Counted from the first letter of the stretch, positions 20,707 through 33,618 are shown. The stretch is 64,000 bases of DNA from Selaginella moellendorffii (GCF_000143415.4 NW_003314287.1:580203-644202), one strand, 5' to 3'. A program made the numbers and translations. Notes: generated from the sequence alone by a model not told the origin.

Positions 20707-23061
20707 CTAGCTAAACATTGCTTTGTCCCTCATGGCCCCAATCTCCTCTTGTTCCCTCCTCAGCCCCAGGCCCCCATAGATATTCCCCATGAGCACGTAC
20801 GCAGACTCGGCCCGTGCATCCAGTGCCACCACCCGATCAAACGCGAGCTTCCCCAGCACCGCATTTCCCCACTTGTGGCACGCCCCCAGCACCGTTGTCC
20901 AAGTTACCACCGTCGCCTCAAACGGCATCTCCTTGGCCAGCTTCACTGCCTCCACCACCCGGTTGGCCCGCCCCAGCATGTCCACCACGCAATGGTAGTG
21001 CTCCACGCCCGGAGTCACGCCATACCGCGGCGCCATCGATTCGAAGTAGGACAGCCCTTTCTCCACCAGGCCACCGTGGCTGCACGCTGTGAGAACGGAC
21101 AGGAAGGTGACGCCGTCTGGCGGTATGCCGCTGGCACGCATCTTCTCCAGCGCCGCAAACGCCTCGTCCGTGGAGCCGTGGCAGCTATAGCCGGAGATGA
21201 GCGCGCTCCATGCCACCAGGCTCTTGCTCTCGAGCGCGGAGAAGACCGCCTCGGCCTCGTCCATGCAGCCACACTTTGCGTAGAAGTCCACCAGCGTGTT
21301 GGCGAGGAAGGCGTCCGTGTGGAAGCCGGCGTCTCGGGCCTGCGAGTGGATCCTCCGCCCGACCTCCAGCGCCCCCAGCCGGGTGCAAGCGATGAGCACC
21401 GCCACGAACGTCCGCGCGTTTGGTCTCAGCCAGGAGGTATCGACGTGTTCGTCGCTGCTAGCCAAAGGAGTGATGGCCCCGGTGGTGCTCGTGCTCGTCA
21501 TCCGGAAGAAGAGGTCCACGGCCAGGCCGTTGAGTCCGTTGTCGCTGTAGCCGAGTATGAGCGCCGTCCAGGAAACCACGTCGTGGCGCTGCATCCGATC
21601 GAATACTCTCCGGGAGTCGAGCATGCTGCCGCACTTGGCGTACGCATCCACCAGCGTGTTGCCGAAGAAGATCTGGCACTCGCCTTCCTCCCTGGTCACC
21701 CGAGAGTGGAGAGACATGACCTTGTCCAGACACCGGAGGTTCAGCGGCATTGTCAGGTTGATGTTGCTGCTGCCTTGCTGCTCCTGCGAGGCCAAACTCC
21801 CGCAAGCCACCAGCGCGGATATGAAGCTGCGGACGTTTGGCTTGCAGCCACTGGCTTCCATTGCGTCAAAAGCCTCCACAGCTTTCTCAGGCTGGCCGTT
21901 TTCAGCGTATCCCAGAACGAGTGTGTTCCACAACACTGCATCCTGACGATGGCTCTTGTCGAAGACGCGCTGCGAGTCGTCCATGCTCCCGCACTTGGCA
22001 TACATGTCAATCAGAGTCCCTGCTACGTAGCTGTCCCTGTCATATCCAGAGCTTGCAGCTCGAGAGTGTAAGTCCCGTCCTCTCTCCAGGCATTTCTGTT
22101 TCACAGGCTTCCCGTCGACCACCACCGCTGTTTCCTTGTCTGCCAGGCTCGCGCATGCCACTAGAGCAGCGACGTAAGCCTGCGAGTCCCGTTCGAGGTC
22201 CATGCTCTCGAAAACTTCCAAAGCCAGCTCGACTTCCCCGTTCTCTACGTAGCCCAGGATCAGAGAGTTCCACGAAACGACGTCGTGAGATACCATCCTG
22301 TCGAAAGTCGCACGGGAATCCAGCATACTCCCACACTTGGCGTACATATCGACCAGTGTACTTGTCAAGAAGATCCTGGAGCCATAACCGGACTTTTCAG
22401 CCTGTGAGTGAAGAGCCATTCCCCTCTCCAGACTGTTCACTTTCACTGCTCCTGTGCCAATATTCCTGCCCAGTTCACTCGCCGCCAAGCTCGCGCATGC
22501 TGTTGCGGCAGCTACAAACGTCAAGTCGTCGGGTGCACAGTCCATTTTCGAGAAGAGCTCCCAGGCCATATCGCTCTTTCCATTCGTCACGTACCCCTTG
22601 ATGAGACTATTCCAAGTTGCCGCATCTCGAGCTTGCATGCTGTCGAAGACCTGCTTCGCATCGACCAGGCTCCCACACTTGGCATACATGTTGACCAGGC
22701 TGTTAGTTACGTAAGGATTTGAGTAATGTCCGCTGCCAATGCCATTCAAATGAAGGGCCTTACCAAGTTCCAGCTCCTTGGAGTTACTGGATGCTTTGAG
22801 AGCGGTGAGCAAAACGTTTACCTTCAGCTGTATTCCGCAATGGTTGTTCCTTAGTTCCAGTTCCACAAAACTCCATTGATCCATTTTGGCCAACATCTGC
22901 ATCTGCCAAGAAAAACAATCAGAACAAAAAGAATGAAGCAAAAGACAGCGAACTGGCCTTGTTGGGTCGATCAAGTGTCCAGAATGTCTGACTCGTACAC
23001 CGGCGCTCGAAACAGCAGCATCTACGGGTAGCGAGTTTTCTGACTGACATGAGGCTTCCAT
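20707..23061 (-). CDS. PLS-class PPR protein, E-type, with loop-extended L motifs (true start possibly 22902)
   Basis: Intronless ORF with PLS triplets, HYHCVVDMLGRA and WTTVLGAC..SAYVLMGNIY; no DYW. Confidence 0.92.
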   Translation of the reverse strand: MEASCQSENSLPVDAAVSSAGVRVRHSGHLIDPTRPVRCLLLHSFCSDCFSWQMQMLAKMDQWSFVELELRNNHCGIQLKVNVLLTALKASSNSKELELGKALHLNGIGSGHYSNPYVTNSLVNMYAKCGSLVDAKQVFDSMQARDAATWNSLIKGYVTNGKSDMAWELFSKMDCAPDDLTFVAAATACASLAASELGRNIGTGAVKVNSLERGMALHSQAEKSGYGSRIFLTSTLVDMYAKCGSMLDSRATFDRMVSHDVVSWNSLILGYVENGEVELALEVFESMDLERDSQAYVAALVACASLADKETAVVVDGKPVKQKCLERGRDLHSRAASSGYDRDSYVAGTLIDMYAKCGSMDDSQRVFDKSHRQDAVLWNTLVLGYAENGQPEKAVEAFDAMEASGCKPNVRSFISALVACGSLASQEQQGSSNINLTMPLNLRCLDKVMSLHSRVTREEGECQIFFGNTLVDAYAKCGSMLDSRRVFDRMQRHDVVSWTALILGYSDNGLNGLAVDLFFRMTSTSTTGAITPLASSDEHVDTSWLRPNARTFVAVLIACTRLGALEVGRRIHSQARDAGFHTDAFLANTLVDFYAKCGCMDEAEAVFSALESKSLVAWSALISGYSCHGSTDEAFAALEKMRASGIPPDGVTFLSVLTACSHGGLVEKGLSYFESMAPRYGVTPGVEHYHCVVDMLGRANRVVEAVKLAKEMPFEATVVTWTTVLGACHKWGNAVLGKLAFDRVVALDARAESAYVLMGNIYGGLGLRREQEEIGAMRDKAMFS

Positions 23062-23251
23062 CTGGAAAACGCTTCAAGCTCAACTACCTACAGCATACCT
23101 CTGGCTTCCATTTTTAGGGATTAGGCAAACGACGCAGGCAGATGAAAAAAACGCATTCCCTTCCACCACTATTTACAACAGAACAAAGTACTAGCACCAA
23201 CATTGTACCTTCTTCTGCAATTTCGGGAAAGATGTCAAGCGTACAGACAAA

Positions 23252-25760
23252 TCAAAACGAGCACTTCCTTACCATCCACTTCAAATCCTTGAGCCGCTCT
23301 AAAGCCTCTAGAAGTTCGGTCTGTTTTACCAGTACGTCGCCCAAAGTCTGCATCAAGCAAGTGAGTATTCGACTGCAAAAACAATTTAAAAACTCGAGCT
23401 AAACCTTCTTAGTTTCCGCGACGTCCGCTTCCAGCGTCTTGATGCGTTCTGCAGCTAGCTCCTGCTTTGGAGGAAGTGTCGCCAAAGGCAAACTGCTTAG
23501 TTCTGTCAGCTTTTTCTCCAAGTCTTCCACTCGAGAATTAAGGACGACAGAAACGTTGGGCCCTTTCGTCACGTTTTGAGGTTCAGCAGGTGTGACTGGC
23601 CGAGGGCTCTCTTGTAATTGCTGCTCCCTCCAAATCAACCGTCGAAAAAAGCTTAAGATTCCCATAAAAAACCCGACTAAAACTGAAACAAAGCTGTCAC
23701 TATCTGTAAAATGTTGAGGTTCATCAGCTAGTAGCATACGCAGACATGTAAGACGTACCTCTTTTTCGAGCTGGTAATGCTCTTTTTGGCACCATGTTTT
23801 GCTGAGTTTCGTTGCTCTCCGGTGTAGACTTCTGAACCTTACTGTCGTCTATTGTAGTGCTTTCGGTTTGTTGTTCGGAGGAAGAAGTCCCAGTCGCTGG
23901 TGAATCTACGATCTTGTCTACCACCACAACATCATCTGTTCCTAAGTTCCTTGCAATGCCGTCTATCTGTCATAAAATTAAGAACAGGAGTTAGATGAAC
24001 CAACAATGAAATGGGATACAAAGGTACTATACTTCTTCCTGGACGGGCTGCATTCGCGATGTTTCTGCGAGCGTCTGCGTCGAGGACCCGACTACCTCGC
24101 CGGGGGGTGCATCACTCTCGCCGGTCTAAAGAGCAAAAGCTCAAAACCTTCCGACAGAAACAAGGTGTTTTTCTACCTGAGAATTTATGCTGACAACCTG
24201 TCTTGAATACTTTGCCTTGCCAATCATTACCGCCTGGAAAAGGACTAATAGAACTTCACGGGCGTGCTTGCCAACTTAAAACTTACCTTCAATAACTCTG
24301 GATCCTTCCAAGGTCCTTTATCAGATCTCATACATCCTCCTTCTCCAGGACATGTGCACGTACCACCTATAAACTCTGGCAGCTGACTGTATGAAGAAAA
24401 CACGTCAAATTTATGCATACAATCATGTTTCACATATTACCTTGCATCCACCACTTCCAGGAGATTTGGCTGGTACTTGTATCCTAGAACCTGGAAAGTA
24501 ACAACGTTTCTGCGGGCGTAACCAGTAAGTTTTATCTCACAGTGATTTTAGAAGTCGTTTTGGGATCTAGGAACCCCTTCACTGTGTTCCATAACAGCCT
24601 GAATCCAGCACCAGCATTGATAATAAAAAGCTTGTGCAAAGTCTGCAACAATCAAAATGTTTCTTTTCAGCACAAAACTAAAGGCAACAGACTTACTTCC
24701 GGGTAGTTATCCCCATCAACTTTCTGAATTCTTATAATAAGGTCCCGTGCAGTCTTACTGAAATTTTTGAGACCCTGCAAGACAAGTGGATTACCTAAGA
24801 GACTAGAAAGAAAAATTCCAAACCCATACCACACCAGAAACATCCAGAATCGTTGTTCCGGAGTCAATGTGCCGTTTAACTGCAAGCGAGCATGCCGGGA
24901 ACTTGATTCTCAAAAGCTTCTCAAACTCCTGAACATGATACTTCAAGTATCTGTCCAATGTTGTCACCTGCATCAATTTGTTGGGCTCAACCTTTCCCAA
25001 GCGCTCGATGTAAATGGGCCTCCCTTCTTTGTCAACCCCATGGTGACCTTGAGGATAGTATTTTTTCACTTCCTCGATCTCACCAAACTCGAAATCCTGT
25101 ACACAAACGAAGTTTTCCTCACAGTAACAAAAAGATATACAATGAGATATCATTTACCTCCCCAATGGTGTCCACCCCGTTCTCCGCTCGCCACTGCAGC
25201 ATATTTGACCACATCAGTTTAGCCTTGTCAATATCAAGTCCACGAGCACGCAAGAACCTGAAGGATTAACATTAGAACTATACAAAAATTCGAAAACCAT
25301 CCATCGCAAGCATTAGAGTATACGAGTACCTTCGCAGCTCGTGATAGTCGTCATGGCTTTCGGGAAGTAAATTCTCGGACACCAGTGTAGTTCTAAAAGT
25401 TTGCACGATGACTTGCTCCTCAACGTCGCGGATGTCCTGGATGGGAATGGACTGCCTCCGATCAAAGATTTTAGACCTCCTCTTGAGTGCTTGCTTGAGC
25501 TTGGACGAAGCGATGATAGCCTTGAGCGCGGCCTTCCTCCTGCCCTTCTTGCTGCCACTGCTGTTATGCTTCTCCAACCTCGGAGAGGTCAATCCGCTGC
25601 TACTCCGGGCAGGCTCTCGCGCATCCTCCAGCGCCGGAGGAGGCGGCTTCATTGAGCTAGAGGGGACATCTAAACGACGAAGCAACATTTCACCCCAAGA
25701 TCCAATGCAAGAAAAGAAATCCCTACCTTGAGATTGCGATTGCGCCCGTGGTTCCTCCAT
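23252..25760 (-). CDS. Sec14-like phosphatidylinositol transfer protein with C-terminal nodulin coiled coil (SFH family), multi-exon
   Basis: Exons encode [84 protein letters not shown] and [32 protein letters not shown]; short GT-AG introns. Confidence 0.93.
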
Positions 25761-26049
25761 ATTACGAAGAACTCATCGCCGCGAGGGGGGCATCCCTGGA
25801 CAAAGGAGACGAAGAATCTAGGCGCCAGGAGCTATGATCGGGCGAGCACAACGAGATTGTTCCAACGAACCGGAAGAGCCAGCGCGATCATCATCCGTTT
25901 CCAGCGACATGGAAACTAAGCGGCATTTGTTCTGCCCTATTCCCCCGCAATCGTACAAGACTTGCGGCGAGCCGTCGGGTACCAACAGCCCAAAAAGCGC
26001 CACGTCACCGGCGTGTCGACCGTTATGTTTTGTGAATTAGGGTTCTTTG

Positions 26050-26470
26050 CGCCAATCACTGCGTCAAGCAAATCGATGCATCCAATTCCTCTGCAAAAAA
26101 TGCTTGGGCGCCTCGGTGGGCGCGGCAGATCATGGCAGGGACCATTCTCCTTTCTCAGCAGCGATCTTTCAAATGCCAAGCCTCGGATCGTGGAGTTTGC
26201 CCTTTGTGGGCGGGAACCACAAAATCTTTTTGACACAATTCAAGAACGCGATCTAATAGCTTGTATTGTAATGCTCACAGCGCTCACAGCTTTTTACGCC
26301 TTGAGGAGGGCCTTGGGAAGAAATCGCTGAAAGAGATCGTCTTGCCTGGACTGCCATGGTTGCTGCAAATGCCGGAAGGTAGACTGGAAAAGCACGCAAG
26401 ATGTTTAATCAAATGCTTCTCCACGTCAAAGCAGCAGGCCGCGTGTTCGATTCCAAGACCACATGGAAAA
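26050..26470 (+). pseudogene. Deletion-riddled relic of the SS-type PPR gene, directly upstream of P450 #2
   Basis: Blocks such as GCGATCTTTCAAATGCCAAG, CTCGGATCGTGG, CAAGAACGCGATCTAATAGCTTG and CGTCAAAGCAGCAGGC are colinear with 28300-28890. Confidence 0.8.
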
Positions 26471-26568
26471 ATTTCGATGATCCGCGCTTCCTCAGCTTTC
26501 ACATCGATCTGGTAAGCTCGTGCAAAATTCGTCATAAATTTGCCATTCTTTTCCTCCGCTCCTTTCAT

Positions 26569-28139
26569 ATGGATGTGTTCACAGCTTCCATCCTGCTCAT
26601 CTTGATCTTGCTTCCACTTCTCGGATTCTACTTTCGCCAGTCATGGCTCAAGCCGCCCTTGCCACCATCGCCATCTTCCGGCCTGCCGCTAATTGGCCAT
26701 CTCCATCTCCTGGGCAAACTCCCTCACCAATCTTTCCAAGCACTGGCCGAGAAGCACGGCCCCATTTTCTCGCTGCGATTCGGCTTTCGCCATGCCGTGG
26801 TCATCTCCAGCACCGATCTGGCGAAAGAGGTACTCAGGGTTCACGACGCAACGTTCGCTTCCAGGCCTTCCAACGTCGGAATGAACATTGGGTTCTACAA
26901 ATACCTCATGGGAGGAGCACCGTATGGCGATTTATGGAAGCAGCTGAGGAGGCTCTACAGCGTGGAGCTCCTCACCTCGAAAAGAATCGATTCCTTCCTC
27001 CCGCTGCGCTTGGAGGAGCTCTCTCTCATGCTGTCAGGCTTAGCAAGAGCACACGAGAGGAATGAGGCCGTGGACATGAGGAACCTCTTGACATGCTTCA
27101 CCTTCAACACCATCACCCGGATCTTGATGAACAAGAGGTACTTCCAGCACCAAGGAGAGGAGTTGCACGGCATTGATTCGAGCGAGGCCAGCGTCTTCAA
27201 GGCCATCCTGGTGGAGCTGTCCGAGACCGCTCTACAGTTTCGCATAAGCGCGCTGCTCCCTTCCTACCTCAGGTGGATCGACTGGAGCGTCTACTGGATC
27301 CGGAGGCTACACGCGAAGCAGGATCAGTTCCTGCAAAAGATCATCGACGAGCATAAGAACGAGAAGAACACATCGACGTCAAGCAAAGACATCATGGATA
27401 TGATGCTGGGGCTTCTGGCGGAGGACCCGCGAGGAGAAGACATAGTGAAAGCTGCCATGACAGTAAGCCACTGTTAGTCGAATGCCTAGAGCTTGATGGA
27501 TTTACTTGGCGTGCGCAGGAGCTTGTATCGGGCGGGACTGATACATCCGCGACGGTGATCGAGTGGGCCTTGGCAGAGATCCTTCACCGTGCTCCGCGCG
27601 TCTTGGGCAAAGCACACGACGAGCTCGACGCCGTGGTTGGACGCTCCCGGATGGTGGACGAGGCCGACCTTCCGCGCTTGCCTTATCTCCAAGCCATTAT
27701 CAAGGAAAACTTTCGACTCCATCCCCCGGCGCCACTCCTCGTCCCTCACATGCCGACGCATGAATCCAATCTAGCGGGCTACCGAGTTCTAGGAGGAACC
27801 ACCACCTTCGTCAACGTCTACGCCATCGGGAGAGATCCAGCGCTGTGGGACGAGCCCCTCGAGTTTCGTCCGGAGAGGTTCCTGGGCAGTTCCGTGGACG
27901 TCAAAGGCCAGGACTTTGAGCTGCTTCCGTTTGGCTCGGGACGAAGAGCGTGCCCGGGGATGGGGCTCGGGCTTAGAACTGTTCAGCTGGCACTCGCGAA
28001 CTTGATCCACGGCTTCCACTGGAGTGCTGCCGAGGAGAATGCGCTGGAGGAAGCTGGCGGCGCTGTCATCTGGGTCAAGACGCCGCTCAAAGCCATGGCT
28101 TCTCCGCGACTTCCAGTTGAGGTGCTCGCATGGAATTGA
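26569..28139 (+). CDS. Cytochrome P450, CYP71 clan, close paralog of 6174-7737; exons 26569-27462 and 27519-28139, about 504 aa
   Basis: Same intron position (56 nt); GGTDTS, ENFR, PERF, FGSGRRACPG; long near-identical stretches shared with P450 #1. Confidence 0.95.
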
Positions 28140-28237
28140 GCATTCCACTCCTAGCCTAGAGTTGAGCATTCTAAAATCTAACCTTTCCTTGAGTCACCAT
28201 TCCGTGTAGAATTCTCTTAGCGTCTTGGACCCATCCC

Positions 28238-30307
28238 ATGCTCTTCAGGCGAAGCGTCTGCCTGGAAGAGATCCAATCGTGCAAGTCGCCTCTCCAAGCG
28301 CGAGAAATCTATGCATCGATTCCAGGAAATTCGCTCCAATTTGACGCATTCCTCTGCAACAAGCTCGTTCAGATGTTTGGGCGCCTGGGCTGCGTGGAGC
28401 GGGCGCGGCAGATCTTTGACGCCATTGCCGACAGGGACTCCTTCTCCTGGGGAATCATGCTCTCCATATACGCGCGCAGCGGCGATCTCTCAAACGCCAA
28501 GGGCGTCTTCGATCGAATGCCGAGGTGGAGTCTCGGATCGTGGACTGCTCTCCTCTCCGCATTTGCCCTCTCCGGGCATCACGAGGAAGCAAAAACGCTT
28601 TTTGATACGATGCAAGAACGCGATCTGATAGCTTGGACGATAATGCTCACAGTGCTCGCCACCTTTTCTAATATTGATGACGCTAAATACCACTTTGATC
28701 AAATGCCCGAAAGGGATCTCGTCGCCTGGACTGCCATGCTCGCTGCAAATGCCGAGCGAGGGCAAATGGAAAACGCTCGCGAGACGTTCGATCAAATGCC
28801 CGAGCGGAATCTCTTCTCATGGACCTCTCTCCTCAGCGCGTACGGACGCTCCGGTGACGTCAAAGCAGCAGGCAGCGTGTTCAATTCCATGCCCGAGTGG
28901 AATCTCGTGGCATGGACGGCTATGCTCACGGGATATTCCTTGAGCGGGGATGTTGTCGGGGCCAAGCGCGCGTTCGATAGCATGCCGGAGAGAGATCTCA
29001 TCGCCTGGACAGCAATGCTCTCCGCCTATGCTTTCAACGGGCATCTTCGCTACGCGCGAGAAATCTTCCAGCGAATGCCGGAGCGCGATCTAATTTCCTG
29101 GGCAACGATGGTTGCGGCACTTGTGGAGAACGATCTACTGGAGGAGTCGAAGGAGCTGTTTGATCGAATGCCGCGGCACTGCGCTCTCTCGTCTAATACT
29201 CTCCTCGGAGTATATGCCCAAAAGGGGTACGTCCACCAGGCGCGGAGATTGTTTGATTCCATGGAGGAGCGCAATCTGGTGACGTGGTCCAAAATGCTGA
29301 TGTGCTATGCCCTGGTTGGTGGGGTTGACGAGCTGGCGGCGCTCTCAAGGGGGCTCAAGGTCCACACTCTTGCCACGTGGAACGCTTTGCTGACTGGATA
29401 TGCCCAGGCAGGGGATGTTGAGGAATCGATGCGAATATTTGACGCTATGAAGGAGCGAGATCTCGTGTCATGGACCACGCTTTTGACAGTTTTTCTTCAT
29501 TCCAAATCTCTTTGCCCTTATGAATCTGTAAAACACGTATTTGATAGAATGCCTGAGCATGATCCAGTGTCTTTCAACTTGTTATTCACATCAGTAGCGC
29601 AGTTTGGCAATTTGGACTTAACCATAGAGTGTTTCGACCAGTTACCTTGTAAAGATTTAGTCGCATGGACGACATTGTTATGTATTTACGCTCATCATGC
29701 TTGTGTAGATGAAGCTAAAGTCCTTTTCAGTCTAATGCCAGAGAGAGATCTTATTGCTTGGAACTCGATGCTCACGACATATACCTCAAATGGGCATCTT
29801 GCAGCAGCTGGTCGCCTGTTCGATTCCATGCCGGAGCGAGACACAGCCTCCTGGAACGCAATGCTGGCGGCATACACACAGCACAACCAGCCTACCCATG
29901 CCCTAGATTCCTTCTTCAGCATCCCACTAATCCTCCCACCAAATGGAATCTCCTTTGTGTGCTTTCTCGTAGGCAGCAGCCAGCTCGGTAGGGTTTGGGA
30001 CGGGCGGAGCGGCTGGCGGTCAATGGTAGTTGACTATGGAGTCAACCCAACCAAGCAGCACTATTGCTGCGTGGTTGACCTTCTAGGCCGCGCGGGGTAC
30101 GTGGGCGATGCCCAAGACCTAATCGCGGGCATGCCCTTCGTGCCAGATGCCCTAGATTGGACGTGCTTGCTGGGCGCGTGTAGAAGCAGAAGCAACACTG
30201 ATCGCCAAGGAGGCGTGGAAACTAGCAAGAGCGTTTTGGATTTAAACGCGAGCAATAGCGCGGCATATTCGCTTCTAGCCAACTCCATTGGCGGGAATCT
30301 TCCGTGA
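28238..30307 (+). CDS. PPR protein dominated by tandem 31-aa SS motifs, ending in an E domain
   Basis: 689 aa; many FD.MPERDL.AWTAML repeats; HYCCVVDLLGRAG and WTCLLGAC..AAYSLLAN. Confidence 0.93.
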   Translation: MLFRRSVCLEEIQSCKSPLQAREIYASIPGNSLQFDAFLCNKLVQMFGRLGCVERARQIFDAIADRDSFSWGIMLSIYARSGDLSNAKGVFDRMPRWSLGSWTALLSAFALSGHHEEAKTLFDTMQERDLIAWTIMLTVLATFSNIDDAKYHFDQMPERDLVAWTAMLAANAERGQMENARETFDQMPERNLFSWTSLLSAYGRSGDVKAAGSVFNSMPEWNLVAWTAMLTGYSLSGDVVGAKRAFDSMPERDLIAWTAMLSAYAFNGHLRYAREIFQRMPERDLISWATMVAALVENDLLEESKELFDRMPRHCALSSNTLLGVYAQKGYVHQARRLFDSMEERNLVTWSKMLMCYALVGGVDELAALSRGLKVHTLATWNALLTGYAQAGDVEESMRIFDAMKERDLVSWTTLLTVFLHSKSLCPYESVKHVFDRMPEHDPVSFNLLFTSVAQFGNLDLTIECFDQLPCKDLVAWTTLLCIYAHHACVDEAKVLFSLMPERDLIAWNSMLTTYTSNGHLAAAGRLFDSMPERDTASWNAMLAAYTQHNQPTHALDSFFSIPLILPPNGISFVCFLVGSSQLGRVWDGRSGWRSMVVDYGVNPTKQHYCCVVDLLGRAGYVGDAQDLIAGMPFVPDALDWTCLLGACRSRSNTDRQGGVETSKSVLDLNASNSAAYSLLANSIGGNLP

Positions 30308-30796
30308 GCCTATTGTCTGGGGCGTCCGACGTGGCGCCCGGGCAAGCTTACCGGCCGGCAGATTCCCACGCGGAATTGCCGGTTTTTATTATGACATGGA
30401 ATGGCGACGCGATGGTTTCTCACATTTGGCGTGAGATCGCGCGGTTGCCTGGGCTCCCCGCCGTCTACTGGAATTCCTCCCTCTTTTCTTTCTCTTTCTC
30501 GCTTCCCTCCTTTGCTCCACACGAGCGTCTTGTGCGTGGCTCTGCCGCCTTGCTGCTGGAGCTGGATCGATAACGGATCCTCGTGATCTAGTCGCAATAA
30601 CATCTCCTCTCGATCGGGCGGTTTTGTTGCATGCTGCTGCGTGTGGATTCCTCCATCGCGCTTAGCGCCAGCGGCGACACAGGTACTAGGTTTTCGGGAT
30701 TGATCGTCTTATCTTTCTTGGCCGGGAGCGGCATTGAGGCATTCGGTTGGATGAGAGATTTCTCGATCGGATCGACATTTCTTGTTTATCGTTTCG

Positions 30797-33618
30797 ATGG
30801 GAGCTATCGCAGCGGAGGCCAAGGAGCAAACCTTCTGGACGCGAATTACTGACAATCCTCCCGATTCTCAGGTGAACAAGCCCTCTTTTCCTCGTTTTCC
30901 TCGAAAACTTATGCCAGAAAAATTCTTGTTTCCAGACAAGAGTGCGTTTCCTACTTGATGAGATTGCGCTTCTACAGTCACGGTTCGAAATCAAAGATCA
31001 CTACGAAAGTAAGCTAGACAGAGATCAGCGAAAAAGTAGCGGGGATGGATTGGAAAGTAAACTCGGAGAACAAATCGTGTTGGTTCCTCCTCAGATTGAT
31101 CAAGTGAAAGATGACGCGGCCGTGGCAGCGCCGGCGTTAGTTGACGAGCAGCGAGAGTCTCAGGAAGAAATCGAAAATCAAGAATGTGAAGACATCCTAG
31201 TCCAGGTTCACCATTTGAAAACATTTCAGTCAGCTGAACTATCCTTTTCGTTTTTGTTTTTGCAGGCTCTGGAAGAGAAAGCTCGAACTTTGCTCGAAGA
31301 GAGGGCCTGGTTCTTCGAGAAGGCGGAGAAAGAGCTAAGGATCGGAAAAGTGGAGCAGTCGGACCTTGCAACGCTGTTACAACTTGAGAAGGCCAAGTTA
31401 CAAAGACACAGAAGCGAGCTTGTGGCCCTCGGGAAGAAAATTGTTTATAGCACTGTTGGAGCGGCTGAACTGGCACAGGTACGTGTTGGAAAGTTTTGTT
31501 GCTGCGATCTTCTAACGTGTTTGATATACTTTAGGATATTGTTGGAAAGTTGGAAAACTTACTCAATGAACGTCAAAGCCTTCACTTGAAATTTGAGGTG
31601 CAAGTGGAGCTGGGGCATTTCTTCAGACTTTTGAAGCTGCTGGAACTTCAGAAGGCCAAGCATGACATATCGAGGAAAGCGATTGAAAACAGTGTGCAAG
31701 AGTTTAAAGCCCAGGTAGAACAAGCCAGGAGCCAGCGGCAAGCGGGGGCCCCAGGGACACGTTTAGAGATCAGCGAGCAGACACCTGAAAAAGACGGAGG
31801 AAGTGAGCCAACAGAAGCTCTAAAGGAAACGATTCTTGATTTTCCTGAAGACAGCAAGGCTTCTTCTTCTTCTTCGACTGATGCCACACATTCAGATGGA
31901 AACAAGGAGAAATGGTGGAAACTCAAGAAAGAGACCAAGTCGGAAGTTTTGAAGTTGGTAGCCACCCAAGAACAACGGTGGAAAACGCAACAAGCCGTTC
32001 TCAAAGAAATGGAACGGAGGCTGGAGGTCACCGAGTTGGAAAGCCAACGGCTTCGTAACAGGTTGGAAGAAGCGGATTGCGGCGGTGGTTGTAGAACGGA
32101 GACTGAGACTTTTTCTTGGACAGCAAGTCTTCCGCAGGGCTATTCCAGCATTTATTTTTCTCCTATTTTTCAAGAGCGAAAGCCGAGCATGAAACCTCCA
32201 AAAGATGAAAAGGATGCTGAAATTTTCATATTGAAGACGGAAATCGGTGAACTGAAGTCGCGTCTTAATCAGAAGGTTGGTTGTCTATTGAATTCGAGCC
32301 TAACGTCAGTGTTGTTTTCTTAGCAAGGCGAGGACGACAAGTTTCTGGACAGGTATGCCATGCAACATGTTATTACTGCTGCTTATCATGTTATTCGTTC
32401 GACAGAATTCAAGTTCCTTCGGAGGAAAAAACCATTTCCATTGACGCGACTTCCAATAAAGCCGAGCTTAACAAAAGGTTGTTTAAAGTATTTGGAGGTT
32501 TTCAGACAGATGTATCTCGATTGTCATCTAGCGAAGGTAAGCAGCTATTGTTTCTACATTTTATCTCACTTACAAGCTGAAACCACGCAGATGATAAGCA
32601 CTCAAGCATTGACTTTGGAGAGGATTTGTCGAAAAACTCGAGTGTAGCTCCCTCTCAAAACGATGACCTGGAAGCTGAGATCCAGGCGATGAAGGCAAAA
32701 CGGTCTCGCGCTGCTGACGAGCATTCTCAGCAGTTGGACATAAAAGAAAAAACTTTAGCCTACGCGCAGGAATTAAACATGCGTTTGGCCAATGACATGT
32801 CCACTGCGGAGAATGCTTTGGCAGAACTGCGAGCAGAACATACTGGCTTGAGAGCCTCATTCGAAGCGAAGTGGAAAAGCTCGAGGAACGAAGTAAGCAA
32901 GTTCTACTTTTATAACCGTTCTGACATATTCTCACAGGCAGAGGAGCTAGCCAAAGGGCTAAGGATGAACATCAAGGCTCTAGAAAAGGAGCTGGCCGAT
33001 AAAGATTGTCTTCTAAGCGACTGGAAGAGCAGGGTGGAAGCATGCCAGAAGGAAACCGACGCTGCTGTTTTCGAGAAAAACGAGGTCCTCACAAGGCTAC
33101 AGCGTGTTATGAGCGAAATGGAAAGTCAGAGCGTAAAGATCACAAAACTGGAAGCTCGTGAGGTATGCTGGTCTTTTGAATTTGTTTTTCTTTTTTCTCA
33201 TATAGATCGATTGCAGCTTTATCAAGAGCAGCTCTCGTCCGAGCTTCAAGCGGCGAGAAATAAACTCAATATCGAAGCTGTCGAGCACGAAGCACTTGGA
33301 CAGCGTTACAGCCAGCTCCAATCCAGGCTGCTAGAGACAGAGTACCAACTTTCGCAGCGAGAGGAAGCTTTGGAACGATTGACGCTGCACTTGGCAGCGT
33401 CAGCGATACAAGAGCAGCGCCAGAGGCTCGAGGAGAGCAGCCGTGAGTCCCTGAGGAGCAAGCATCGAAAGAAAGAGCGCGCGAGGAAATCCATCCTGGA
33501 AGCCGAAGAGAAAATTGCAAGCATGGTTGCAGAGATGTCTCGAGCCAAGCTCGAGATGGAAGAACTCAAGTCGCAGAGTTTCCAGCTGCTGTCTACGAGA
33601 ACAGGCAAATATTACTAA
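30797..33618 (+). CDS. Long coiled-coil protein of unknown function, multi-exon (boundaries approximate)
   Basis: Successive E/K/Q/L-rich heptad ORFs (30942, 31550, 32626) separated by short GT-AG introns, e.g. 30872-30935. Confidence 0.7.
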
